A stretch of DNA of 64,000 bases from Laetmonice hystrix (taxonomy: Eukaryota): contig OZ249436.1 in NCBI GenBank assembly GCA_965235115.1, forward strand, positions 20,214,001 to 20,278,000. The letters are read 5' to 3'. The position numbers were made by a program, and so were the translations under genes. Positions within the stretch are counted from its first letter, which is position 1, and each line of letters opens with the position of its first letter. The notes beneath the pieces are model-generated. The model searched no databases, had not been told where the DNA came from, and saw only the letters and a list, made by a program, of their open reading frames with translations. Below are positions 38,133 through 48,811 of this stretch, one piece after another.

Positions 38133-41100
38133 TTACCCAGACACTCCTTACATGACAAAAGGCCCCCCCCCCCCAAATGTCAGAAATCGTCAATAAGCAC
38201 AATGCCACAGATGTCGCAAGTCATGAGTCGTCACGCAAATGGTGAACATACCAGATACCGATTCACGAAATTCGGACTCCTGACCCCCACTACATGTGTT
38301 CCATTGCCATGAGCCAACTGTGAAAACTGTATCAATGATCAATGAATGTATGATGAAAGATGGCTTTCATTATGTGCACCATAAAACAATTCAAATGTTC
38401 ACATTCTCACAGTGTGCGTTTATATTTTTGTTCAGTATATTCGTATTTTAAGGTTTTGGTTATATATGTGGTACCCAAAGGTTATGTCGAAAGTGCGACC
38501 ACTAAAGGTAGTTACTTCTCTTATACCCTGGTAGAGCTGATTCAGACTGGTCTCTGTCCCTTAGATCGTCTACGGCATGTCTTCGAATTGCGAAAGGGTT
38601 AAAGTTATTGTGGAGTTTTGATCAGATTCATACGGATTATCTTTAGAATGAGTTTTATGTGATGTTGGATTAAGCTTGAATTATCCCGTCATGTCTCCAC
38701 CGTTTAATTTGGTAAAACAAAGACCCATAGTGTACGGAAAACCTTGGATGTTTACATATAGGGGGAGTTTTACATGTAGGAGGAATTATTAAGGTTTGTA
38801 GGATTATAAAAAAAATTATGAGTTGTGGATTGCAGTCTTGGAGAGATTTACTGATCAAGATATTCTAATATCCTGATCATGACTTATCATAGTTAGGATA
38901 ACATCTCATCTTGCATTGTACGTTAACCTGTCTTAGATTTACATCCGGTCTACGAGCATGAATATTGGACAAAGATGAGCATCTAATGACTGAACCGTGC
39001 AGTCATGCACGTTTGTGCAGAATGACAGAGCTAATTACATTTGATATAATGTAGCTGCCATAATGTCTCATTAGGTGTACGGATAAAGAAAAGGTACTTC
39101 TAAAAATAAGGTATCTCCATGACGTTAAAATAGTACCTGTCTATCAGAGGTCCATAAACCAACCAAACAAAGCCGACCCCGCTGTGTGGTCATTAAGCAC
39201 GTCCAGATACAGCCTGGCCAGTATCATGTTTGGTCATCTACACACAGGTGGCTTTGCCAATCGTTAAATCAAGGCGGTCAGCCGAGAACAGCGGGTTAAC
39301 CCATCTTGGCGACTTGGGACCGTTGTAAATATCCAACACTACAGTGATCAGATTTTTAAACGTTTTCGTCCACAAATTCTGCAGTAACGTCTTTTAATTT
39401 CAGGGTACTAAGGCTACATAATTTTATAGTGATAGTTAGTTACTCAACTTGGCAAAATCTGTTGTTTTATCTGCTATAATTTGAAAGTATAAACGCCCTG
39501 GTGTCAATGGTAAGCCGATACTGAGTGCTCTCGGACAGGTGGGGAGGTGAAGAAATCGATTCCTACCTACAGACCGCCCTGGGGTGTTTGGGAGACAGTA
39601 AAGGTAGGAGTGAAACCTGTTCCACCCCCCACCCCCACCCCCAACCCCAATACCGGAGGCGATTATTATAATCAACCAGCCTCTGTCATAGAATCCCATT
39701 ATAGGCCAGGTGAGTTTCCTTTTCTGTCAGATCTACTTCTGACCTCCATTAATTTTGACGACCTCTTCAGAAAAAGAAGAATAGCAAAAAAAGTAAAAAA
39801 GAGTTTTTGAGAGACTACGGTTATAGCCACAGCTGACGTCTTCCCCTAAAAGGAAATCAAAGATGATTTAAGAGTACAAATGTATTTCGGTTTCAACAAA
39901 ACAGGAGGTTCAACACATTCTCGTTTTAATTTGGACAGGTGTATGGGTTCTCTTGTTCACTAATTAACGCATATAATTACAAGTATCACACCAAATAGTC
40001 CCATCCCATTATGGTTAAAAAAAACTCAAGTTATAAAAACCCGGTGATTAAGCAGCCGTGTGCTTAAACGCACTCGATATAAATGAATTCGGATTGATAT
40101 GATATATCGTCGACAAAGGTGATTCCATCCAAATTAAAACCGTAACTTGGGAACTATTACTTTAATTAATGGTATTTAAATAAACTGGCGTGAGCATCCT
40201 TCACCTTAATAGTTTGTGCGGCGTGTCTATCACTGGGCTCTAGTACCCTATTTCCTGTAAGCCAGGCACTGCTGCATTATGCCAAAGACTTTGATAGCCA
40301 GCTTTGTGTGAGGGAAAGGGGGTATGGTAGTCCAGGAAACGGCACGTGAGGTATCTCATGCCAGGAGTTATGACTCAAGATCAGAGGATAACTGAAACCT
40401 CCTGCGATAAATCAAAAATATTCTAGTCGAGGCCCAGTCCCAATATTAATGTCTCTCGAACATAGTGTAGACCCATATGTGTATGCTACTGATATCGCAC
40501 AAAATGCATGACCGTCTTCACATGATGGTTGCTTCTAAAGAGAGGTATGTATGCATACTGTTTTTTTGCGAGTATAGGCTTCCCACAGCGCACCTCACAG
40601 ATATGTTATTCTTTATTTTTTATTCTTCTTGTGTGTTGTCTCTTTGAGTACTAACCTGCGATAACCTTTGCCTCATGTGCAGTGAAATGTAGTTATTCTT
40701 CACTTATCCTGATACAAACTATGCATACATGGAACATCAAAAGGAGATGGTCCAAGGAGTGAACTTTTCCACCTGTTTATCCAACGACAGACATAAACGC
40801 CATATGGAGAGGGAGAGTGGGGAGGGGGTAGGCCTATAACCATGGAATACTGCATGGGTTCGTCCCGCTATCCTCAACCGATCGACGCTCATATGAAGTT
40901 CTTCGGCTCCTTGAGATTCTGTTCGATGCGCAGCCCGCCCCGGCGTGTGCAGGGGATCAGGATCCCGTTTACTTCCACCATTCAAGGCCAAAAAACAATG
41001 TTGATTAGACCTAAATGGATTCAGGCAAAACAACAATGTGGTGAAAACCATATAAACCATAAACACAGATATCAATTATGGTGTGGTGACTAGCCTGAGG

Positions 41101-41269
41101 CGCTCAATCTTCAAGTAAAGGAGAAGCGATCCACGCTGGCGGTCGTTTGGTCGCTATTGTTTCCCGATGATGATTTGCCTTTTGGCACGTAGGAGGTGGA
41201 GGAGGCATGAGGACATGTCTAACTGCAGCTCGTACCGCTCGACTGTCTGTGAGGGCGTTAACTGTTGGC

Positions 41270-41345
41270 CGGCCGGCTACACGTCATGACGTCAGGCCAA
41301 GCGGCGCCCACACCACGCCGCACCATTGGCTGGCCGCTCGAATCG
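41270..41345 (+). promoter_or_regulatory. Candidate proximal promoter of the GPCR (CRE + inverted CCAAT in CpG-rich DNA)
   Basis: Perfect CRE TGACGTCA at 41287-41294, directly preceded by ACGTCA, and ATTGG at 41324-41328. It lies in a visibly CpG-rich non-repetitive stretch ~450 bp upstream of the first ATG. TSS unknown. Confidence 0.4.
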
Positions 41346-41743
41346 ACCGTTGTTTGCTGCGCTGTCGCTGCAGTTGAACACAAGACGCTGGGAACTGTTG
41401 TCGCACCAAGCCGGCAACCTCTCAATCCCAGCTGTCGTACTTAGGCCACCTCTACACACGTCTCGGGACAGATGAATCAGCCGGTACCCGGCATATCCCC
41501 CGCCACTCAACGTCACATATTGAACGTCATAAAAAGACGACCCCAGCGGTCCTCTGCATGTAACTTTTAAGGCGGCGACAAAGAAGTTTCGAAGCAAAGG
41601 ATTTCATGGAGGTGAAAACTAGTTTTGCCGGCGTCAGTGATTGAACTGGATAGATTGGTTCGCACGGCCGAGTGTTGGGGATCATAGCGGTGGTTGAAGC
41701 CACCCCTAACGTCGAGCGGCCATAGCAGGCCGAGAACCCACTG

Positions 41744-42601
41744 ATGAGCAGGATGTCCGCGAGCATGTTTGAGGACTTCGTTAACATGACGGTACCGTAC
41801 GACGGACCGACAGTGGCGTTCTGGTCCGGCAATACAAGCTGGACCGTTTCCTCGGCGAACGTAACAGGTAGCACCGCAGTGGATCCGATGAACTCCACCA
41901 CATCGGACAACCTGTTCTATGTCCCGCCTGGATTGGTTGTGCTTTTGTCAGTGTTATATGGCTCAATCAGTGTCATCACCGTGATCGGAAATGCTCTCGT
42001 CATACTTGTAATCGCCAAAAACAAAAGCATGCATACTGTGACAAACTTCTACATCGCCAACTTAGCCGTGGCAGACGTCATGATTGGAATATTCTCCATC
42101 CCGTTTCAATTCCAGGCCGCTTTGTTACAGCGGTGGGATCTTCTGCCAATTATGTGTCCAGTGGCTCCCTTTGTCAAGGAAATAACGGTCAATGTCTCTA
42201 TAGTGACGTTGACGGTGATCTCGATAGACCGCTATCTTGCTGTTATATATCCTCTCAAGCCCCGTTGTTCGGGTAGGGTCGCTAAAGTCGTCATGACCGT
42301 TGTGTGGGTGTTCAGTTTTGGCTCTGGTGTGCCGGCCGCCGTTGTTTTCCGAGTCCGACAGTTAAAGGACAGCTCGGATCCGTCTGGATACAAACCCTTC
42401 TGCTACCCAAACTTCGCTGTTGTCAATGGTGTCGACCTTGGAAAATTCTACCGCCTCTACACCGTCGTCGTTCAGTATTTCTTCCCCCTTTTTATAATCT
42501 GCTTTGCTTATTTCCGGATTATGCACCGCATTTGGGGAAACAAAGCTCCTGGATCAGCCATGGACACAAGGGATCAGATGCTAAATAAGAACAAAAGAAA
42601 G
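41744..42601 (+). CDS. LKR: Class A neuropeptide GPCR, leucokinin/lymnokinin receptor-like; first coding exon (N-terminus, TM1-TM5, ICL3; 286 codons, 3' partial)
   Basis: Four N-glycosylation sequons (NMT, NTS, NVT, NST), TM1 GNxLV, TVTNFYIANLAVAD, DRY, TM4 W, ECL2 Cys, TM5 QYFFPL. Segments YxVPxGLVVLL..YGSIS, SIPFQFQAALLQRW and IWG..PG....D....NKRK match my recollection of kinin-type receptors. The frame loses similarity exactly at AAG|GTAGGA (donor 42602), so the ORF-track extension to 42739 is intronic. The true start ATG is one of several nearby in-frame ATGs. Confidence 0.92.
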
Positions 42602-44394
42602 GTAGGAAGTTTTCTTTGTGTCAATGCCCTATCAACTTTGTATTGGATCCATGTTATTTCAGGGGAGCCCGTAGTGTCCAACACTGTGGCTCGAATGGCG
42701 GCTCGTCGTTTCGCTGTTAATGAAGCGGAGGGAAGCTGATATTACTGAGACAGCAACCAGAGACAGAACAGCTGTAGGTAGGATGGCTTCATGAGGAGGT
42801 GTCCCGAGCGTGTTCTCTCTCAGCCATGCTCCCGATATATGCACAAACATGAAACCACAAACACTGGCATGTATACATGTTGTTTTTTGTGTATTCTACT
42901 GGTGCATACAGGTATGGTTATGACAACTTGATGCGTGCAGGAGGTGACGGGTACAAAAAACAATGCCGGCTGTTGTATAATTACCCTGATTTTGTTCCTC
43001 AGGGACGTACATGTGCAGGATAATGTAGCACGTGTCAGCGAGTACGATCAATCAATATTGGTTCCCCTTAGAGCTCCCGATTTATTACCCCTTAGAGTGT
43101 GCCCAAAGATTCATTAATCAATATCCTCAAAATACCAACTTCTGCGCTTAAGATTAAGGAAAGATCAATGATACTGACATTCCCCTGTCTTGTCAGGAGC
43201 CAGGATGTCCGCCTGAAGTGTTTTCTCAGTCGAATTCCCATGAGTATAGGTTCCTAGGTACATCAGTTTAACTGGTCCGAGCTGGGGTCTGCCAACAGAC
43301 GCTGCCTAAATGAGATGCAACAAACGCTCGTCGCGTTTCCGAGGCGCTGCCGAATCGGATAACTCCGTACATCAGCAGTCTGGACCTTTACACGTGAATT
43401 TCCGCACCGAATTAATGGCCGTGAAAAATAGTTCTATTTCAGCTTAAGCATCAGTTATCCGACGGATTATTCATTCAATAACTGTCCATCACGTCTGGAA
43501 GGAACTGCAACAGCCCTAGAACTCAACTGATCGTCAGGAAATCGAGTCCTGCCGCAGAATGATTATACCGTCCCTCCCTGCTATATATATGCAAACCATG
43601 AAACTAATTATTAAAGTTCTCATCTGACGGATGTAGTACGGCAAGTGTTCAGAAATTCTCCTGGCGCGAACGAATGTGGTTTGAGTCGATATCGGGGTGG
43701 ACACTGGCATGGTTTAGTGAATACAGATTGATGTTAAACCACTTCACAGTCAGGCACATCCTGCGAAAGGTGCCTATATGTGTCAGTAGTCCCTACGACC
43801 CGTGCCCCTGGGGGAGACGAGGACACCGTACAGTGCGCCGACACGATCATGTCGTGTTGGCAGGGTCGTGTCGCACGCTCCAACACATTGAAGCTCCTTC
43901 TCGTAACGTAATGACTTGTGACAATGTTGAGATAACATTGCGTGAGACGAGATCAAAAGCTAAGTGTGGGTGAAAATTAAGCCCGACTTGTGTAGTTTTT
44001 GTGTGGATCCAATCCAAATCATTGGTGCAGTTACGTAATAATAACAACAATATTCCCACTCACAGTCAGCCAAACAGGTTAAGTACACAGAGAAACTACG
44101 GGTCGCCCAGCTTAATACATGCATGTGTATGTTTGGTGTAAACACGCAACTTGAGCTACCACCCACCTGCCTTGCGATAGGTTTAGGTCAAATAGATTCC
44201 CACCTAAATCGTATGTTACCCAACACCTTTGTAAACAACACTGTAATAATTCTCTGCAATCTCTGCAAGGCAAGGGACACGCCTGGAAAACCTGATCCCA
44301 ACCACATGACCGTTAATATCGAAATGCCTTCCAAAATAGTAAACACGTCGTTTGCCTAACCTCACTGACAAAGCCAACTGAAAAACGGGCTGAA

Positions 44395-44752
44395 GGACGG
44401 GGAAGGTGGTCCGGTCGGTTGAAGAACAGCACGGACAAGTCCTGGAGGACGTGGAAGGCGGTCCGGTCGGTTGAAGAACAGCATGGACAAGTCCTGGAGG
44501 ACGGGGAAGGCGGTCCGGTCGGTTGAAGAACAGCACGGACAAGTCCTGGAGGACGGGGAAGGCGGTCCGGTCGGTTGAAGAACAGCACGGACAAGTCCTG
44601 GAGGACGGGGGAAGGTGGTCCGGTCGGTTGAAGAACAGCACGGACAAGTCCTGGAGGACGGGGAAGGCGGTCCGGCCGGTTGAAGAACAGCACGGACAAG
44701 TCCTGGAGGACGGGGGAAGGCGGTCCGGCCGGTTGAAGAACAGCATGGACAA
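44395..44752. repeat. 52-bp GC-rich minisatellite, about 7 copies
   Basis: GGACGGGGAAGGCGGTCCGGTCGGTTGAAGAACAGCACGGACAAGTCCTGGA. Confidence 0.97.
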
Positions 44753-46453
44753 CGCGCGTCAAATTTCCCTCTTTTTTAGTATCATAGGTCTAACAACAGT
44801 ATCAAATGTATATATCTAATTGCATTTGTATTTATTACGTTATAATCGAATTAAGTGGAACACGAATACTGACCTTCACATTCACTGACAGTCACAAAAA
44901 GTTTCTGTAAGGGGTTTTATCAACAATGAAAATCCGAATAATGTCAGACAGATTCCTCGTGTTTAAGTACTGGTACTCGGCACGAAGTTGACATTCGCTT
45001 CAGGGGTGTTGTCGATGGCGGCGCATCATGCCATGAGATGTAAATACACATGCAAATCCATGTATTGTGACCGGCCTGCCTCTGGCAGAGTACTGCGGTG
45101 TGGACCAGACAATGTTCGCGCTGAGAGGTCATCTCTTTCCCACAGCCGCCGTGTCGCAGCCTTTTTGTGCCACCCTGTCAATTCTTTGGCCTGTCCGCAG
45201 TTATTTTACCGGTCGTATTTCATGCCACGTGCAGATGAGTCGAATGCTGATTATTTTGTCATCCATCCTTGCATATTATGATTTGCAGATTCGATCTTTT
45301 TGGGGCGGTTGCCCCCTAAATCTACCACTGGAATGAGGCTACTCTCACGTGGAAGTGTAAAGGCCTCTCAGACAGATGCTATCGTAGGAAATATCTCTCA
45401 CGTGGAAGGGTCAAGCGACAGTTCTGCCGTGAAATGACAAAAGGAAGCAAGTCCAAAAGTTCAAGTTTCGAGAAAAGGACATAAACAAGTTGTCTCTACA
45501 CTGCAGTTGGATGGATATGTATGCGTCCTTCTGTCATGTGACTGATAGCTTTATAGAAGGATGTTTAGCAGAAATACACCCATTGATAGATAGACTTACT
45601 TCCCTGAATCCAAATATACACTTAAGTCGATTTTGATGAAAGTTGGACTTGCTTCCTTTTGTCATTGCACGGCAGAATTGCTTGCGATAGAGTCTTGTTG
45701 GCTCGCTGCCAGCACTTGCAGATAGTGACTGTCGGCAAGTTTTTCTCTCAGGTGGAAGGAACAAAGATAGTTCTATCCCGACAGCCTTGCGAGAAATGTC
45801 TCTATTTCCCTTTCGCGTGGAAGGTTGCCTTGAGTGTCGTCCCAGATGCCAGTAAACAGGGACTGCCATCGCCGGTCGTTAAAACTATACCTCCAATGCG
45901 AACTCACTGCTGTGGACAATTCATCGTGAATCATGACGTTTGATTGAATTGGTGTATTCCTTCTCATCAAACCGCTCCACTGCTCACTTTTTTTGGTTTT
46001 TATCTCATATATTTAATAAATCAGACGTTTAAAAATGCGAACCGAGCAGTTTGATTTCCGTTGCCCGCTATGTTCCGTTGCCCATGCGCACTGAAGGTCA
46101 GTAGGGGAGCATATCATCACAGGGAGCCAAGCACTCCTCCTTTATGGCCCGAGATCCAAGCCCCCTTCTTAGATAATAGCTGCTCCCTTCGTTTATTTAA
46201 AATGGCCGCCGGCCGTGACGATGTCGAAGTGCCCACTTCGTTTGAAAAATCTGCTTTGGAGAAGGACTTGAGTTAAATCCATTGCACTCAATGGCTGAAG
46301 GTAAAGGCAAAACTTCATATGAAATGATTGGCTATGTGCGCTATAGCATCCCATTTTGGGGTCATTACAAAATCTCTCATGGGCATAAGCTTGCCGATAG
46401 GCCGAGTATACGAGGCCTATCACATGCAGAGGCAAGAAAACATGTAGTTAAAA

Positions 46454-46685
46454 CCGTCATGACTACCTGCCACTGAGGTGCTGCTTTACCTGCCCGAGCC
46501 GTCATGACTACCTGCCACTGAGGTGCTGCTTTACCTGCCCGAGCCGTCATGACTACCTGCCACTGAGGTGCTGCTTTACCTGCCCGAGCCGTCATGACTA
46601 CCTGCCACTGAGGTGCTGCTTTACCTGCCCGAGCCGTCTTTTATTCGATGAACCGTCATGACTACCTGCCACTGAGGTGCTGCTT
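46454..46685. repeat. 45-bp minisatellite, 4 copies plus a partial
   Basis: CCGTCATGACTACCTGCCACTGAGGTGCTGCTTTACCTGCCCGAG. Confidence 0.97.
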
Positions 46686-46767
46686 GCGGGGAATCCGGAA
46701 ACAGTTCATTGCTAAGATGATATTTGTAACTCTAATATAATTATCGTTCACATCGTTCGTCATAGTA

Positions 46768-46994
46768 TGGAGCCCCGGAGGGGACATGCTGAAAATAATT
46801 TATTATTATTAATTTGTGGCCACGAATTACTAAACCGTGGCCACGAATTACTAAACCATGGCCACGGATTACTAATCCGTGGCCACGGATTACTAATCCG
46901 TGCGCACGGTTTAGTAATCCGTGCGCACGGTTTAGTAATCCGTGCGCACGGATTAAAAAAAAAATATTTTCAGCATGTCCCCTCCGGGGCTCCA
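46768..46994. mobile_element. 227-bp MITE with ~30-bp perfect TIR, TA TSD and internal 21-bp palindromic repeats
   Basis: TA|TGGAGCCCCGGAGGGGACATGCTGAAAATA ... TATTTTCAGCATGTCCCCTCCGGGGCTCCA|TA; seven CCGTG(GC/CG)CACG-centred 21-bp units. Confidence 0.9.
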
Positions 46995-47132
46995 TATGTT
47001 AGCGAGAAGGTTACATGATTATATATTTGTATATTGCATGATTATAAGTCTATTTTTATATACACCCCATGGGCCCCCATATCCAGTCACGCGACTCTTT
47101 CTGGATAACCGGGTCGTTTTACCACGAAAGCT

Positions 47133-47204
47133 TGCCTGATCCCGGATTCGAACCCAGATCGCCGGACTGGTCAGCGAGCGCTCTACCCACTCCGCCACAC
47201 CGTC
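47133..47204 (-). pseudogene. tRNA-derived sequence (SINE head or tRNA pseudogene) with Pol III A and B boxes
   Basis: The minus strand reads GACGGTG-TGGCGGAGTGG-GTAGAGCGCTCGCTGACCAGTCCGGCGATCTG-GGTTCGAATCC-GGGATCAGGC. A box 47187-47197 and B box 47144-47154 have tRNA spacing. Acceptor and anticodon stems do not pair, so this is not a functional tRNA. Confidence 0.75.
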
Positions 47205-47232
47205 TGCACTACCACCTTCATTTCTCTCGTGT

Positions 47233-47352
47233 TGATATCGAATGAAACCCTCGCTTCGCTCGGGCTTCATTCGATATCACCCCTCGATTTTTTTTTCTCA
47301 ACCTCCTACCCGAAGAATTCTCGGTTCCCTCGAATTCTTCGGGTAGGAGGTT
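47233..47352. repeat. Twin hairpins with related 11-nt loops
   Basis: TGATATCGAATGAAACCC-TCGCTTCGCTC-GGGCTTCATTCGATATCA (47233-47279) and AACCTCCTACCCGAAGAATTC-TCGGTTCCCTC-GAATTCTTCGGGTAGGAGGTT (47300-47352, perfect 21-bp stem). Confidence 0.9.
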
Positions 47353-48169
47353 TCGAATAATAATGAGCTATTTTTTTCTCGCTATCGCTCGCGGTTGGTA
47401 ATGTGATATGATATTATTTGCATATTTTTCTTAATGCCTTTGTTACACTTATCCGATCTGCACCCGAACTTTGGTGATCGGGCGATCAGGTGGAGTTCGG
47501 TTAGTCGAGCAATGGTCGGGTGATCGGCCCGGACTGTCACCCGAATGCTCAGTCTCATTCGGATCTTATGCCAGGAATATTATTACCCGAACTTTCCACC
47601 CGACCTTCTCCCGAACTTGTCGGTCGGGTGAAAATTATAAAGTGTAGACCATTTGCATTGTCGGTTGAAAAGTTCGGGTGGAGTTCGCCAAGGAAAATTC
47701 TCACCCGAACTTTCCACCCGATCTTGGTCCGAACTTTCGGGTGAAGATCGGTCGGTCGGTCGGGTGAAAAAGTGTAGACCGTCCTGTCACCGCAGGACTT
47801 GCTCCCGACGGCCCATTCTGTTAGTGCCGGTGTACACAGTTTCAAGTTCCCCCATTCAAAATATACCCCTCCCTCATGTTTAACCTAGGTTCAAATGACC
47901 CCCTCCAGTTTCTAATGACAAAATAACCATTAACTTATCCTTACCCTAACCCAGACCCTGAAACTGGAGGTGACTGGAGGGAGTAATTTGAACAGGTTCA
48001 ACATAGCGGAGGTATGTTGAATGGAGTGGTACATCAAACGTGGTACACCGGTGAGTAGCATTATAACTCCGGTGTAATCATCCATGACGTACCGGGCAAG
48101 GGCTATTTGGAGACCGTGGTCAAGCAAGTGCACTGAGGCGTGGCGATCGTCAGCCCAGTCGGTCACTGC

Positions 48170-48811
48170 ATGTGTGCAGATCTAGCTTTGTTTTTCCTCG
48201 AAATTAGGAGACATTCCCCAATATTCTCGACAATTTTAACGGAAACACGTTCAAACTCTCTTCCTCATGGTTGTATGTCAGTAACTATTAGGCCTATTCA
48301 ACTAGATTTTCAGGGATGGTCGCGGTGTAACACCGAGGTAGCCAATCCCCCTTGACGATAACCAACCCATGGTGGTTATCGCGACAGCTATTCCACGCTC
48401 AGAGTTTCTGCTCAAAATTATCGATATTTTCCAAAATTCAAGACAATTTTAACAGAAACAGTTTCAAACTCTCTTCCCTCTTGTGTGTATGTCAGTTATT
48501 CAACTAGATTTTCAGAGATGGTCGCGGTGTAACTCCGAGGTAGCCTACTCATCCCGACGATAACCATCCCATGGGGTGGTTATCGCGGCAGCTATTCCAC
48601 GCTCAGAGTTTTCCATTAAAATTACCCGACATTTCCCAAAATTCTACACAATTATAACAGAAACACTTTCAGACTATCTTCCCGCGTGGGGTGTATGTAG
48701 GTTATTCAACTGGATCCTCGGGGTAGTCGCGGTGATAACGATTCTCGCTGTCGCTCGAATCGGTTATCACCTGCGACCACCCCTCAGACCCGTTGAATAA
48801 CCTATACATAA
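48170..48811. repeat. Degenerate ~200-bp tandem repeat (about 3 copies) ending in a ~120-bp fold-back
   Basis: TATTCAACT(A/G)GAT..G(G/A)T(G/A)GTCGCGGTG recurs three times, and GCTATTCCACGCTCAGAGTTT twice about 204 bp apart. 48692-48811 is an imperfect inverted repeat with central loop TCGCTGTCGCTC. Confidence 0.8.

Noticed and set aside
42602..42739. C-terminal 45 aa of the 331-aa ORF as true receptor sequence
   Set aside because: It begins at a GT donor, lacks TM6/TM7 motifs and reads as intron.
44216..44819. Cys/Pro-rich repetitive ORFs
   Set aside because: Translations of the 52-bp minisatellite.
47133..47204. Functional tRNA gene
   Set aside because: A and B boxes are present, but the acceptor and anticodon stems do not pair.
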